From an uncultured Alphaproteobacteria bacterium (lineage in GTDB: Bacteria; Pseudomonadota; Alphaproteobacteria; Rhizobiales; Xanthobacteraceae), in assembly GCA_963753925.1 (NCBI GenBank), contig CAVWEF010000007.1:46436-110435 (forward strand): a DNA stretch of 64,000 bases, in the 5' to 3' direction. The translations under genes were made by a program, and so were the position numbers. Under the pieces are notes generated by a model, which saw only the letters and a program-made list of their open reading frames with translations, did no database searches and had not been told where the DNA came from. Shown piece after piece: positions 51,192 through 62,789 of the stretch (position 1 is its first letter; each line of letters opens with the position of its first letter).

Positions 51192-52233
51192 ATGACAATC
51201 CGCCTCGCCGATCACCTGTCCGTGCTGCTGACACTAGTGCTGCTGATCATCTTGGGCGCGGCGGCGAGCGAACCGGCACATTCGCAAACACTGAAGGCGA
51301 TCAAGGATCGCGGAACCCTCGTTTGCGGCGTAAGCCAGGGAATCCTCGGTTTCTCCGCACAGACAGCAAACTCCGGTTGGGTCGGCTTTGATGTCGATTT
51401 TTGCCGCGCCCTCGCAGCTGAGATCTTCAATGACACCAGTAAGGTCAATTTCGTGCCGCTGTCGGCGGGCGAGCGCTTCGGCGCGCTGCAGTCCGGTGCA
51501 ATCGACGTATTGTCGCGTAATTCGACATGGACGATGTCGCGCGAGGTCGACCTTGGCCTGGTCTTTCCGGCGGTGACCTACTACGACGGCCAGGGTTTCA
51601 TGGTGCGTCGCTCACGCAAGATCGGCTCCGCGCTCGATCTCGCCGGCAGCAAGATATGCGTTCAGACCGGCACGACAACAGAGCTCAATCTCGCCGATTA
51701 CTTTGATTCCAACGCAATGAAATATCAGCCGGTATTGGGAGCAAGCCCCGATGAGGTCGTGAAGACGTACGATTCGGACCGCTGCGATGTGCTTACCAGC
51801 GACGCGTCCCAGCTTCATGCCGAGCGGCTTAAACTGACCACACCGGACGACCACGTTATTTTGCCTGATCTGATCTCAAAAGAGCCACTCGGACCTGCGG
51901 TCCGCGCTGGCGATCAGCAATGGTTTAATATTGTCAAATGGACCGCCTTTGCGATGGTCAATGCTGAGGAATTGGGAGTCACTTCAAAAAACATCGACGA
52001 GGCGCTGAAATCGACGAAACCGAAAGTCAGAAGAACTCGTTGGTACCGAAGACGATTACGGCGAGCGCCTCGGACTTACAAAGGATTGGGTAGTCCGCAT
52101 CATCCGGCTCGTCGGCAACTATGGCGAGATCTACGAACATAATGTCGGCGTGAAATCGCAATTAGGTATTCCGCGCGGCATCAACGAGCTTTGGACCGCT
52201 GGTGGCATTATGTACGCTCCCCCGATCCGCTGA
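51192..52233 (+). CDS. AapJ/BztA-like amino-acid-binding protein (one extra base near 52034)
   Basis: GFDVDFCRA, YYDGQGFMV, ISKEPLGP; shifted tail VGNYGEIY...YAPPIR*; span 1042 nt = 3n+1. Confidence 0.88.
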
Positions 52234-52679
52234 CTCGACTCCTTCAACGTGCCGAAAGTTCGGATCATCTTTCGTTAAAAACGTTTATGCGATCCGATTT
52301 CGTGAAGAGGCAACTTAGAATAAATTTTGAATTGGGTGCTATTTCTCTTTGAGTGCCAGTCGGCTGATTGCAGATTCGTTTTCTTCGTCTTCGTCTTCTT
52401 CCAGCAGCCGCATATGCCTTAGCACAGATGAGATGATCGACTCAGCGTTGATTTTGGAACAAATCGAGTGCACGTCGTATTTGGAGAAAACACCGCTGCC
52501 AAATTTGGCTAGACACCAACATCGCCCTCGAATACCTAGTAGCCTCTGTCTCCCGAATTTTTTTTAATTCGGCACCAAGAATATTTATCTATCATCAAAT
52601 GCACCGACAAGCAGCCTGATTCGGCGGCCCGCTTCCTCGCAGATCGCATGTTTTACTTTCAACACAGAAAGGTCGACCC

Positions 52680-53522
52680 ATGATTACGGTTCCTGAATTG
52701 GCTGCGGAGGCATTGGGCAGCTTTCTTTCCTCGCATTTGGGCCGAAGGTTTGGAGCAAGGGAAGCGACCTTAGTCGAAATTATTCCTTCTGTGGCCCGGC
52801 TTGCTCTCGAGTGCATCGGCAATAGTGATGCGCTTTACCACAATGTCGAACATACTATGCTCGTTACGCTGGTTGGGTATGACATTATGAAGGGCCGAGC
52901 TCTCCTCACTCCCACCGTTCCTGGCGACTACGCGCATCTGCTGATCGCTTGCATGTTGCACGACATCGGATATGTGCGGGGCCTCTTCAAAGAAGATGGC
53001 GCCGACGGATACGTCATCGATGCGAGCGGAAATAAAATCACCCTCGCGCGCGGCGCATCCGACGCGGCGCTTTTGCGGTATCACGTCGATCGGTCAAAAT
53101 TATTCGCTCTGCAGCGCATCGCCAAAAATGACGTATTGGATGCAGTCAGGATTGCCAGCGCGATCGAGTTTACTCGTTTCCCTGCATCTATGGCCGAGCC
53201 GGAGGGCCAAAATGAAGAAGGCCTGCTGGTAAGGGCCGCCGACCTCATTGGGCAGCTCGGTGATCCGCATTATCTGCGCAAAGCCAACGCGCTGTATCAT
53301 GAATTTGAAGAGGTCGGCTTGAACAAACAACTGGGCTACGCATCACCCGCCGATCTCACAGAATTATATCCGCAATTTTATTGGAAGACCGTCGCGCCGC
53401 ATATTCAGCCGGCCATTCGGTACCTCAACGTCACGTCAAGCGGCAGGCAATGGATCGCCAACCTTTACAGCAATGTGTTCCGCGCCGAACGAGATCTCAG
53501 CTTGTCGGGGCCGGAACGCTAA
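52680..53522 (+). CDS. HD-domain metal-dependent phosphohydrolase
   Basis: YHNVEHT, LHDIGY, ADLIGQLGDP. Confidence 0.88.
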   Translation: MITVPELAAEALGSFLSSHLGRRFGAREATLVEIIPSVARLALECIGNSDALYHNVEHTMLVTLVGYDIMKGRALLTPTVPGDYAHLLIACMLHDIGYVRGLFKEDGADGYVIDASGNKITLARGASDAALLRYHVDRSKLFALQRIAKNDVLDAVRIASAIEFTRFPASMAEPEGQNEEGLLVRAADLIGQLGDPHYLRKANALYHEFEEVGLNKQLGYASPADLTELYPQFYWKTVAPHIQPAIRYLNVTSSGRQWIANLYSNVFRAERDLSLSGPER

Positions 53523-53724
53523 GCCGGCTTTAACTCCGAAAGCGTCCGGATTATCGCTCCCGCGGCATTCAAGTAAGACCGAGGCCCGTTGCCCTATTTG
53601 GCCCAGCTTCAGCGTGGATAGAAGCGCAGCACGCCAGATCTTTAGCCATCCACAAGCTGCCGGCCAATTACCCCATCTTTCGGACAAGAGCGAACAAAAG
53701 TGGAATTGGCCTGCGGTGGTTTCC

Positions 53725-54450
53725 TCAATCGAGATAGGTGACGACGCCCGTTTCCAGATCGTAGATCGCTGCCGCGATCTTCAGTTTCCCCGCGTCTGCG
53801 AGGCCGGCGATCAGCGTGCTCGCTGTGGTCAACCGCTTAGCGGTCCGTTTGGCGCTTTCTTTGGCGGCGTTATCGACCAAATTGCCAGGGTCGTTCTGCA
53901 CTGTAAGCGCTGCCGGCAGGATCGGCTCGATCATCGGGCCAATCGCACCAGGATAAGTCGCGTTCTTGGTGACAACGTCGCAAGCGGCCTTTACCGCGCC
54001 GCAGCTGGTATGGGCGAGAACGACGATGAGCGGCGAGCCGAGGACAGCGGCGCCGTATTCGACGGTGCCGAGGGTCGCAGTGTCGACGAGGTTGCCGGCA
54101 TTCCGCGCGACAAAAAGTTCGCCGACGCCATGACCGCCGAAGATCAGTTCTGGGGGCACTCGGCTGTCGGCGCAGCTAATGATCGTTGCCCAGGGCGCCT
54201 GATGCGCCGCGACAGCACTCCGCTGCGCCGCGAGGTCGATCGAGCAGAGCTCCGGATGGCTCACATAACGCGCATTGCCCGATTTCAGCGCGGCGAACGC
54301 CTCGCTAGGTGAGAGCGCGGTCGGCGCGCCATCCGCGGCGCGCGCCTGCCACGACACGCCGCCGAGCCCGAGCGCGACTATGCCCGCCGCGCCGATCTTC
54401 AGCATATCCCTCCGCGCGACCCCTTCATTCTCACAATTGGAGCACATCAC
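53725..54450 (-). CDS. beta-carbonic anhydrase with Tat signal
   Basis: ARRDML Tat motif; CADSR; RNAGN; HTSCGA. Confidence 0.93.
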   Translation of the reverse strand: MMCSNCENEGVARRDMLKIGAAGIVALGLGGVSWQARAADGAPTALSPSEAFAALKSGNARYVSHPELCSIDLAAQRSAVAAHQAPWATIISCADSRVPPELIFGGHGVGELFVARNAGNLVDTATLGTVEYGAAVLGSPLIVVLAHTSCGAVKAACDVVTKNATYPGAIGPMIEPILPAALTVQNDPGNLVDNAAKESAKRTAKRLTTASTLIAGLADAGKLKIAAAIYDLETGVVTYLD

Positions 54451-54768
54451 CCCGTCTCCCTTATGCGTGAGCCCTTGTGCAGGCTGGTTTCAATTCAAAT
54501 AGATGGCGTATCGGGCAGAGTAGCAGGTTGCCCTCCCTTGGAAAATATCGTTTGGCGATGTCGAAACCGATCGTCGTGACCGTTTGCATGCTTGGCTCCT
54601 CCAGTTTGTGGGGGCCTTAACTGCACCCACATTTATGGCGCCTCTATGCCAGGTGGAGGAGCCGCCCGAGGCATCAATAGGCCACAAACGCACTGGAGCA
54701 AGCAGCACAGACAGAAAGACCGCCAACGCGGCGGTCAATCTATTATCATTAGAGCGACTAGGCTGTGA

Positions 54769-55128
54769 TCACCTATAGTAGCGATAAGCGTAGTAACGAT
54801 GCCTTGCGTAATAACGACCATAAGCGTGGGGTACATAATAGGCGCGCGGGCGATAGTAGCCCCTATAATACGGCACATAGCCTCCATAATAAGCCGGCGG
54901 TGCGTATCTATAATACGCGGGGTAACCGTAGTACGCAGGGTAGCCGTAGTACGGTCCATAGCCATAAGCATAAGGCGAACGAGCGATTAGCGCGCCGCCG
55001 ATTATGCCTGCGGCGAAGCCGGCACCGGCCCAGCACCCCCAACATCCTGCATTTGCCGGTTTCGGCACTGTAACAGCTGCGGCCACCACACTCACCGCGG
55101 CGGCAATCGCGATGACAGATTTACGCAC
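54769..55128 (-). CDS. secreted Tyr/Gly/Pro-rich protein
   Basis: GGAGG SD; signal peptide; GCWGCW; YYGYPA repeats. Confidence 0.75.
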   Translation of the reverse strand: MRKSVIAIAAAVSVVAAAVTVPKPANAGCWGCWAGAGFAAGIIGGALIARSPYAYGYGPYYGYPAYYGYPAYYRYAPPAYYGGYVPYYRGYYRPRAYYVPHAYGRYYARHRYYAYRYYR

Positions 55129-55278
55129 GGCGTCCTCCCAATACAATCACCATCCGCCACATTTGTATTTTGATACTGGCCTCATGCTAAAACAAGTTGC
55201 GCTCTCGGCACAATAGTCATTCGCAACAACTTTCTCGACCCTTAGAGAAACAGCAACACGGCCTAGCGAACCCGCCGC

Positions 55279-56226
55279 TTATTTCGTTGCTTCGGTGGTG
55301 TCGACCTTCGACCAAGTCGGATCGGGATTAAAGGACGTCATTTTTTCCGCAATTTTGGCGGTGTTCGCCCCGAGATCTTTTTGGAACACTGTGCCCTTGT
55401 AGTTGACGATGAACGTCATTACGCCGGAATTGCGGTACTGCGCTGGATAAGCCACCAACGCGAACCCACCGATCATTTCGCCGTTCACGATATAATCGGC
55501 GGCGCCGCCAGCCGCCGCCGCGCCCTGTTTTGTCAAGATTTTGAAGTAGTAACCGTGATATGGCACTCGTCCTTCGCCGGCACGATAGCCTTGACGCGTC
55601 GCCTCGGCGAACAATTCGCCAAGCGGGCTTTCTTCCTCGCCCTGCGCGGTTGGCCAATAGAGCCCGTCTTTCTTGCCCGGCGTGCTGATGAAGCGTTGCG
55701 CATAGACGCCGGCGCCGGCCCCCGTCCGATCCTTGGCGGCATATTCGTCCTGCGCATCGACAAAGGCGAGGCAGGTCTGGATCGTATCGAGTTCGTTGCG
55801 GCCGATACGCCGATAGAGGATTTCGCGACGCCCCTCCTCGGTATCAAAGGACCAAGTACCTTTTTTGTTGCGCTCCATCGGGATTGGGAAGGGATAGTCC
55901 TTATCGCCGATCACCAGGATCGCTTTTTTGTCACCTAGCATCGTGATTTCGTGTTTGGCGTCGTAGGAGGCGACGAAACGCGCACGCGCTGCCTCGTCGG
56001 CTACTTTGTCGCCGGATGAGATAATGTCCTCGCCGCGGTGTCCGAGCACAACAAGCGCGGCTTTTTCATCGCCGGATTTAGCCGAAGCGACGAGAGCATC
56101 TACCGCCGCCTGCGGCGTTTTGTAGTCCTGCTGCGCCAAGGCAAAGGATGGCAGGGTGATCGATGCCGATGCCACGACAAAGATCGCCGCGATCACCGAT
56201 TTCAGACTTGCAATAAACCTGGACAT
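55279..56226 (-). CDS. DUF2950-family protein
   Basis: RRIGRNEL, DGLYWP, PYHGYYFKIL, YRNSGVMTF. Confidence 0.9.
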   Translation of the reverse strand: MSRFIASLKSVIAAIFVVASASITLPSFALAQQDYKTPQAAVDALVASAKSGDEKAALVVLGHRGEDIISSGDKVADEAARARFVASYDAKHEITMLGDKKAILVIGDKDYPFPIPMERNKKGTWSFDTEEGRREILYRRIGRNELDTIQTCLAFVDAQDEYAAKDRTGAGAGVYAQRFISTPGKKDGLYWPTAQGEEESPLGELFAEATRQGYRAGEGRVPYHGYYFKILTKQGAAAAGGAADYIVNGEMIGGFALVAYPAQYRNSGVMTFIVNYKGTVFQKDLGANTAKIAEKMTSFNPDPTWSKVDTTEATK

Positions 56227-56259
56227 GGCAACCTCAGTTATCTGCATTGTTCCGAAGTA

Positions 56260-57809
56260 TCAGTGCACAATCGACGTGACCGCCGGTATCCGCGCACCCG
56301 ACGCAATCCATTCCTCGTAGGTCTGGAACGTCAGCCCAAGCTTGCCGTAGAAGACCCGCAAATAGCCGTCGGAGCCGTACGCGACCGCGTCTGGCTTGAT
56401 CGCTTGCACCTCCTGCGCCATAACGCCGACGTAGGCTGTGTGGCCGCCGTTATAGGTGAAGCGATAGAAGCCAAGACCGTCGTCGAGGCGACCTAGCAAA
56501 GCGATATCGTGTTTGAGGCGCATATCGGATCGCCGACCGCCGCCACCACCACCGCCGCCGCCGCGGCCACCGCCACCTCCGCCCCCTGCCCGAGGCCGCC
56601 ACCGCCGCCAAGCGCACCGCCGCCGCCTGCGCTAGCCCTGCCACGGGCGGCTTGGCTGCTGGCTGCTTTTCCTGAGCTGATATTGCCGAACGCACCTGCA
56701 CCACCACCGCTGGGACGATTGCCACCACCGCCGGCACTGGGTCGATTGCCGCCACCGGTACTCGGCCGGTTGCCACCACCACCGGCATTGGGTCGATTGC
56801 CGCCAGCAGCACCGCCGCCACCGGCGTTCGGCCGATTAGCGGCGCCGCCACCGGGCTGCAATACTTGATTGCCGCCGCGGCCGCGGAAATCCATTCGGTT
56901 CTGCGCGCCGGAGATATTGTTGCCACCGAATTTGTTCGCAACGTTGGCGTTGCTGTAGCGCACGCCCTGCCGATGCGCCGGATTGTGCGCCCAGTTATTG
57001 CCGTTACCACGGTTGATATTGTTGATGTTGACATTGCGGTTGATATTGATGTTGTTGCCGCCCCAATTGAAGCCGCCGCCCCAGTAGCCGCCTCCGGCCC
57101 AGCGGCCGAGTGCATAGCCAGCGCCGAAGGCGATCCCGGCCGCGATAACGCCACCGGCAATGTAGCCCGGCGCCGGCCAGTAATAAGGCGGGTAGGCCGG
57201 ATACGGCCATGGGCCATAAACGACGGCCGGATCGTAATACGGGACGTAGAGCGTGTCGGGCTCCGCCGGCGCGATAACGATGATCTCCTTGCCACCCTGT
57301 TGCTCTGTCGCCACCTTCTGTTGTTTGTTTGACGTGAGCTTGTTGTTTGCCTGTGCCTTGGTTCGCAGACGCTGAATGGCGTCCATAACATCCGGCTGCT
57401 GCGCCAGAACGGCGTCGCCGACCTGCTGCGTCCACGAAAGCTTTTGACTCATCATATCGAGGACATCAGGTGTCGCGACAAGTGACTTCACGCTGTCGTC
57501 CCATGTCTGCTTGTCGACCGCCGCTTTGAGCGCATCACCCTTCAAGTTTCCGTTGGCCTTGACCCAACGGTCGGCCTCAACCACTTCGAGCGGATAAGTT
57601 GAAGCCATGAGCATCTCCGACAGCAGCGCATCGGGGTAGAGCGCAATCGGAGCAACAAGCGCGTCGAGTTGTCCGGCACTCAACAATTGCTGCGACGATG
57701 CAGACGCAGGCTGCGCCGGTGACGTCTGCGAAGGCGCCTGAGCCAATGCTACCTGCGGTGGCGAAATCAGGAGCGCGGCCGCGAGCACACTTACTGTCCG
57801 CCTAATCAT
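56260..57809 (-). CDS. DUF3300 protein with Gly-rich stalk and C-terminal S74-type chaperone domain (frameshift near 56595)
   Basis: LVAPIALYPD.LL, LYVPYYDP; shifted GGGRRSDMRLKHDI...GVMAQEV; span 1550 nt = 3n+2. Confidence 0.85.
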
Positions 57810-58163
57810 GTCCGCATCCTTACAAGCGTTGTGAATTTCCCGACAATATTTCCATTATGCAGTAAATCATAGCGCAGTTGTACCAACTGCGCAAAGGGTG
57901 GAATGTCGAGTGCTGATATTAATTCGAGACGAAGCGCGACTCGTCACCTGTTGCCACGTTGCATCATTCGTGGCGAAGTTCGTTCGCTTTCGGACCAAAT
58001 CTCGGTCCTCATTGATGGCAAAGCACATACTTCAAGTCGAGCCATTTCAACGAGGGCAGATCAGCTCCATCGTTCGTGCTGGCTATTGAAAACAAGAAAC
58101 TGACGATTTACCGATACGCACCGCTTATCCAAGCTGACGAAAACAAAGCTCCGGGCTTTTAAA

Positions 58164-58348
58164 ATACAAAAGGTCAAATGATCAAATACCATCGAACGCG
58201 CTGCAAGCCGCCGCGCATGAAGCTGATAGTGCCCGATGTCCGCCTTGCGTCATTCGCTGGGGAGGCAGGCAATGCTAGTCGACCCAGTTTGTTCGCTATG
58301 GACGCTATAACGACCTAAATGGTCGAGCGTTGCGAATGCAGCGATGTG
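58164..58348 (+). repeat. dispersed direct repeat, copy 2
   Basis: Matches 40087-40272. Confidence 0.85.
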
Positions 58349-58468
58349 CTTAAAAGCGGTCGTTTATCAACGCGGTTGCTGAGCCTGCTAAGGGTCAAAA
58401 TCCGAAAATTGCGGCCAACGTACAATTCTGCGACTATGGCACCAGTTCTTCAGCCTTCGGTGACAAGC

Positions 58469-59329
58469 ATGTTAAGATTGGTCGCATTTTTAGTAGCGTG
58501 CTGCTTCGTAACGGCGGCCTCTGCCCAGAGTCAGTTTCCCGCAAACAGCCGTCTGAAAGTCATTGCGAATACGAAAATCATAAAAATAGCCTATCGTGCG
58601 GATGCAAGACCCTTTTCCTTTTTAAACGACAAAAATGAACCGGTCGGCTTCACGATCGATATCTGCACATTGGTTGCGAAATCAATCGAGGCGCAACTCG
58701 GACTTGATAATCTCAAGATCGAGTGGGTACCGGTAACTGTTCAGACGCGCTTCTCAGCCGTGGCAAGCGGCAAAACCGACATGGAATGCGGATCGAGCAC
58801 GGTAACGCTTGGCCGAATGGAAGAAGTTGATTTTTCAAACTATATCTTTGTCGAAAGCACCGGAATGCTCGTCACGAAGGCTTCCAATATCCGCACGTTT
58901 GCGGACATGGCGGGTAAAAGAATTGCCGTTGTGGCTGGTACAACGAACGAACAAGCCATCATTGCGCAAGTCAAACAGCAAAAGATCGAGACAATCATGG
59001 TTTCCGTGAAAGACGGTGCGGAAGCCCTTGCTTTGCTTGAGAACGGAAAGGCCGACGGGTTCGCCAGCGATAAATTGTTGCTGGTCGGCGCTCACATAAA
59101 AAACCCGGACGCATTGGTGATGCTGCCAGATGACTTGTCCGTCGAGCCTTATGCGATCGTGTTGCCCCGCGGCGATTGGGCCTTTCGGCTAGCGGTCAAT
59201 AAAGGCCTTGCGCAGATTTATCGCACTGGCCAAATCGTCGTTGTATTTAAAGGGTGGTTTGACCGGATCGGATTACAATTGGGCCCGGTATTGCGAGTTG
59301 TCTACGGCTTAGGAGCTCTGTCGGATTAA
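58469..59329 (+). CDS. GltI-like amino-acid ABC substrate-binding protein
   Basis: YRADARPFSF, DMECGS, GTTNEQ, SVEPYAIVL. Confidence 0.88.
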   Translation: MLRLVAFLVACCFVTAASAQSQFPANSRLKVIANTKIIKIAYRADARPFSFLNDKNEPVGFTIDICTLVAKSIEAQLGLDNLKIEWVPVTVQTRFSAVASGKTDMECGSSTVTLGRMEEVDFSNYIFVESTGMLVTKASNIRTFADMAGKRIAVVAGTTNEQAIIAQVKQQKIETIMVSVKDGAEALALLENGKADGFASDKLLLVGAHIKNPDALVMLPDDLSVEPYAIVLPRGDWAFRLAVNKGLAQIYRTGQIVVVFKGWFDRIGLQLGPVLRVVYGLGALSD

Positions 59330-59394
59330 GCCGCCCGCGGATAGCCGCCCGGCCAGTTTAGAGGCGGGCAGCGACTAGGGACCAATTGCCCGCT

Positions 59395-59580
59395 TCACGT
59401 CAGCAAGGGCTTGCTCACAGGCATCCATGTCTCCAGCAGTATCGGACTTGCGAACTTATCGCACGCATGTTCGTCGCTCGCCCAAGTACCCGTTAGATCT
59501 GCCGCATATAAAGCACGGCCACCAACTATCCAACCCACGATGACAACGGAAATTGCCATCAGGATACGAAAGATGTTCAC
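59395..59580 (-). pseudogene. 5' fragment of a secreted protein resembling 33720-34145
   Basis: Signal peptide + ADLTGTWASDEHACDKF, then stops early. Confidence 0.5.
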
Positions 59581-59637
59581 TGGGCTCTCCCTAAAATAAC
59601 TTGCATCTGTATTTGATACATCACCGCGAAGTTCTAA

Positions 59638-62600
59638 CTAGCGCTTTTCTGCATTTTGATCGACTTGCGGGCGCACGGAAGGTCTAAGTCTCTCTCGAAT
59701 CGCTTGGAACGTCACGTAGAGAGGCGGAATGGCAAATATGCCGATGAAAGACGCAAAGATCATGCCGCCAAAGACCGGAGTGCCCACGTCGCGCCGAGCA
59801 AGCTCGGAGGCGCCTGTTGCGACCACCAGCGGAAGTAACCCCAGAATGAAGGCAAACGACGTCATCATGACGGGCCGGAAGCGCAGGCGCGCGCCTTCGG
59901 TCGCGGCCTCGAGCAGCGGCACTCCTTTCTCTCTCTGCTCCTTTGCAAACTCTACGATGAGAATGCCATTTTTTGCTGCGAGGCCGATGAGCACCACCAT
60001 GCCGATCTGTGCGTAAAGATCGAGAGTTAGGTGTCCAAGGACCATCGCAACAAATGAGCCGAGGATACCAACCGCGACCGACAGAAGGACAGGCACCGGG
60101 GATAGTCCAACTTTCGTAGAGCGCGACAAGGAAGAGGTAGGCGAACAACACCGCAAACCCGAGAATTAAAGTGGTCTTGCCTTCGGCGCGCTTTTCTTGG
60201 AACGCGGTATCAGTCCACTCGCCACCATAGCCCGGTGGTAGCGTTTGCGCAGCCACTTCTTCCATCGCCTTAAGCGCCTGTCCGGAGGAAACTCCCGGCG
60301 CGGGCGTTCCTTGAATAGTAGCCGCCTGTCTGTTGTTGTAGCGGATCAGCGCCGGCGGCCCGACCACAACTCGAGCTTCAGCCAGGCTGCGCAGCGGGAT
60401 CATCTTGCCGTCCGCACTCCGGACGTTGATGCGATAAATGTCATCGACGTTCGACCGGTCGCTGGCTTCAGCCTGGACTTGGACCTGCCAGGTGCGACCA
60501 AACAGATTCATATTATTGACGAAATATCCACCAAGCGATGCTTGCAGCGCCTGGAATACCGAACTCAAAGGAACACCCAGAACTAGGGCCTTGTCGCGAT
60601 CGATATCGAGATTGATAGATGGATTGGTTGAAGAGTAAGTCGAGAATACGCGACTTAACTGCGCGTTCTGATTGGCGGCTACGAGCAGCCCACGCACAGC
60701 CTGGGCAAGCGCATTGGGATCGTCGCCGCGAAGATCCTGCAGTACGTATGCGAAGCCGCCGCCTGTTCCAAGTCCCAGAATCGGAGGCGGCGCCAGCGGA
60801 GTTACCGTTCCCCCCTGGATTTGGCGAAATTTCGTACCAACACGGGCAATCACCTGCCTAACGCCTAGAGCGGCCTCCTTTCGCTCTTCGAAGGGCTTGA
60901 GCGTAACGACGAGGAACCCGGCATTTGGCTGCGAGTAGCTGTCAATGAAATTAAGACCGATAACTGCAGTTACGTCTTCGACCGCCTTGTCCTCGCGCAA
61001 GATTGCTTCAGCCTTCTTGATAACTTCGGTCGTGCGTTCCAGCGAAGCGCCTCCAGGTGTTTGCGCCACGACGAAAAAGGTGCCCTGGTCGTCCTCTGGC
61101 AAAAATCCCGTCGGAGTTATCTGAGACAGACCAATAACGCCAGCACCGGCGATGCCGACCAACACCAACCCGATGACCGAAATCCGCACAAGGCGCGCGA
61201 CAATTGCACCGTATCTATCGCGAACGTCATCGATCGAACGCATTATCCATCCCATGATGCCTCGGCGCGGCCCATGATGGGGACGCAGCAAGATGCCACA
61301 AAGGGCGGGCGATAGCGTGAGTGCATTGATCGCAGAAAGAAACATCGAAACTGCAACAGTCACGGCGAATTGCCGAAACAATTCACCGGAAATCCCCGGT
61401 ATGAACGCGACAGGCACAAACACAGAGAGCAAAACCAAAGTGATCGCGATAATTGGCGCCGTAATCTCGGCCATTGCTCGTTTGGTAGCCTCACCAGGTG
61501 AAAGCTCGGGATGCTCTTCCATCACCCTCTCAACATTTTCGACCACTACGATGGCGTCGTCGACGACAATACCAATGGCAAGCACAACGGCTAATAGTGA
61601 AACCGAATTTGCAGAATAACCGACAGCCAACAACGCAATGAAAGTGCCAATAAGACTGACAGGCACGGCCAGCGTTGGTATTAAAGTAGCACGCACGCTA
61701 CCGAGAAAAAGAAAGACAACTATTACTACGAGAATGAACGCTTCAACCAACGTCTTTTGCACTTCGTGTATCGTGTCTGTGACAAAAACCGTTGGATCGT
61801 ACGTAATCTTCCAGGCTACATCTTCTGGAAAATTTTTCTCTTGTTCAGCAATTCTGCCGCGGATAGCTTTCATCGTGCTAATGGCATTGGCCCCGGGCGA
61901 CTGATAGATCGCGATCGCGGCTGCCGATCCACCATTTAGCTCAGTCTCACGGTCCAGATTTGCTGCCCCCAATTCCACTCTTGCAACATCGCGTAGCCGC
62001 AACACCGAGCCATCAGGATTTGCACGAATAATTATATTTTCGAACTCTGGAACGGTAGTGAGCCGACCTTTGGTGTGAATATTTAACTGAAGCTGCTGCT
62101 CGTTTAACGCAGGACGGGCACCGATCCGCCCAACGGCTGCTTGAATATTTTGCGATTGAATCGCATTGATAATATCAGCCGTTGTTAGTCCAAGACCGGT
62201 CAGTCGGTCAGTCCTTACCCAGACGCGCATTGCATAGTCCTGGGGGCCCCAGAGGTTTGCATCGCCAACGCCAGGCGTGCTTTTGATCTGGTCAAGGAGA
62301 TTGATTGTGACGAAATTTGAGAGGAATAATGCGTCATGGGTATGCTTTGGTGAATAGACGGCAATAACCCCCAGCAGAGCTGACGATTTTTTCTTGACCG
62401 TGATACCTTGACGTTGCACTTCCGGCGGGAGGCTCGAAAGAGCGACCTGAACACGATTATTGACGTTGACCGTGTTGATGTCTGGGTTGGTGCCGAGTTC
62501 GAAAGAAGCCACAAGTGAGTAGCTACCATCGTCGCCACTCACGCTCTTCATGTAGATCATCTTGTCGACGCCGACGACTTGTGCCTCAATAGGCTGCGCG

Positions 62601-62785
62601 ACCGTCGCACTGACTACGCTTCCAGACGCACCAGGATAGAGCGTTGTCACAGAAACCTGTGGCGGCACAATATCCGGATATTGCGCAATTGGAATTGAAA
62701 GCAACGCCAGAATGCCGGCAATGGTTGTTACAACAGCAATTACGATTGCGAGCCGCGGACGGTCGACGAAAATTGATGACAACAT
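59638..62785 (-). CDS. HAE1-type RND efflux permease (one extra base near 60098)
   Basis: [32 protein letters not shown] then shifted [22 protein letters not shown]; span 3148 nt = 3n+1. Confidence 0.93.
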
Positions 62786-62789
62786 AAGA

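Noticed and set aside
52349-52567. Ser-rich ORF / TCTTCG microrepeat
   Set aside because: Low complexity with no credible start on either strand.
56493-56600. Hydrophobic Ala/Val C-terminus of the DUF3300 ORF as a membrane anchor
   Set aside because: It is the out-of-frame reading of the poly-Gly tract after the frameshift.
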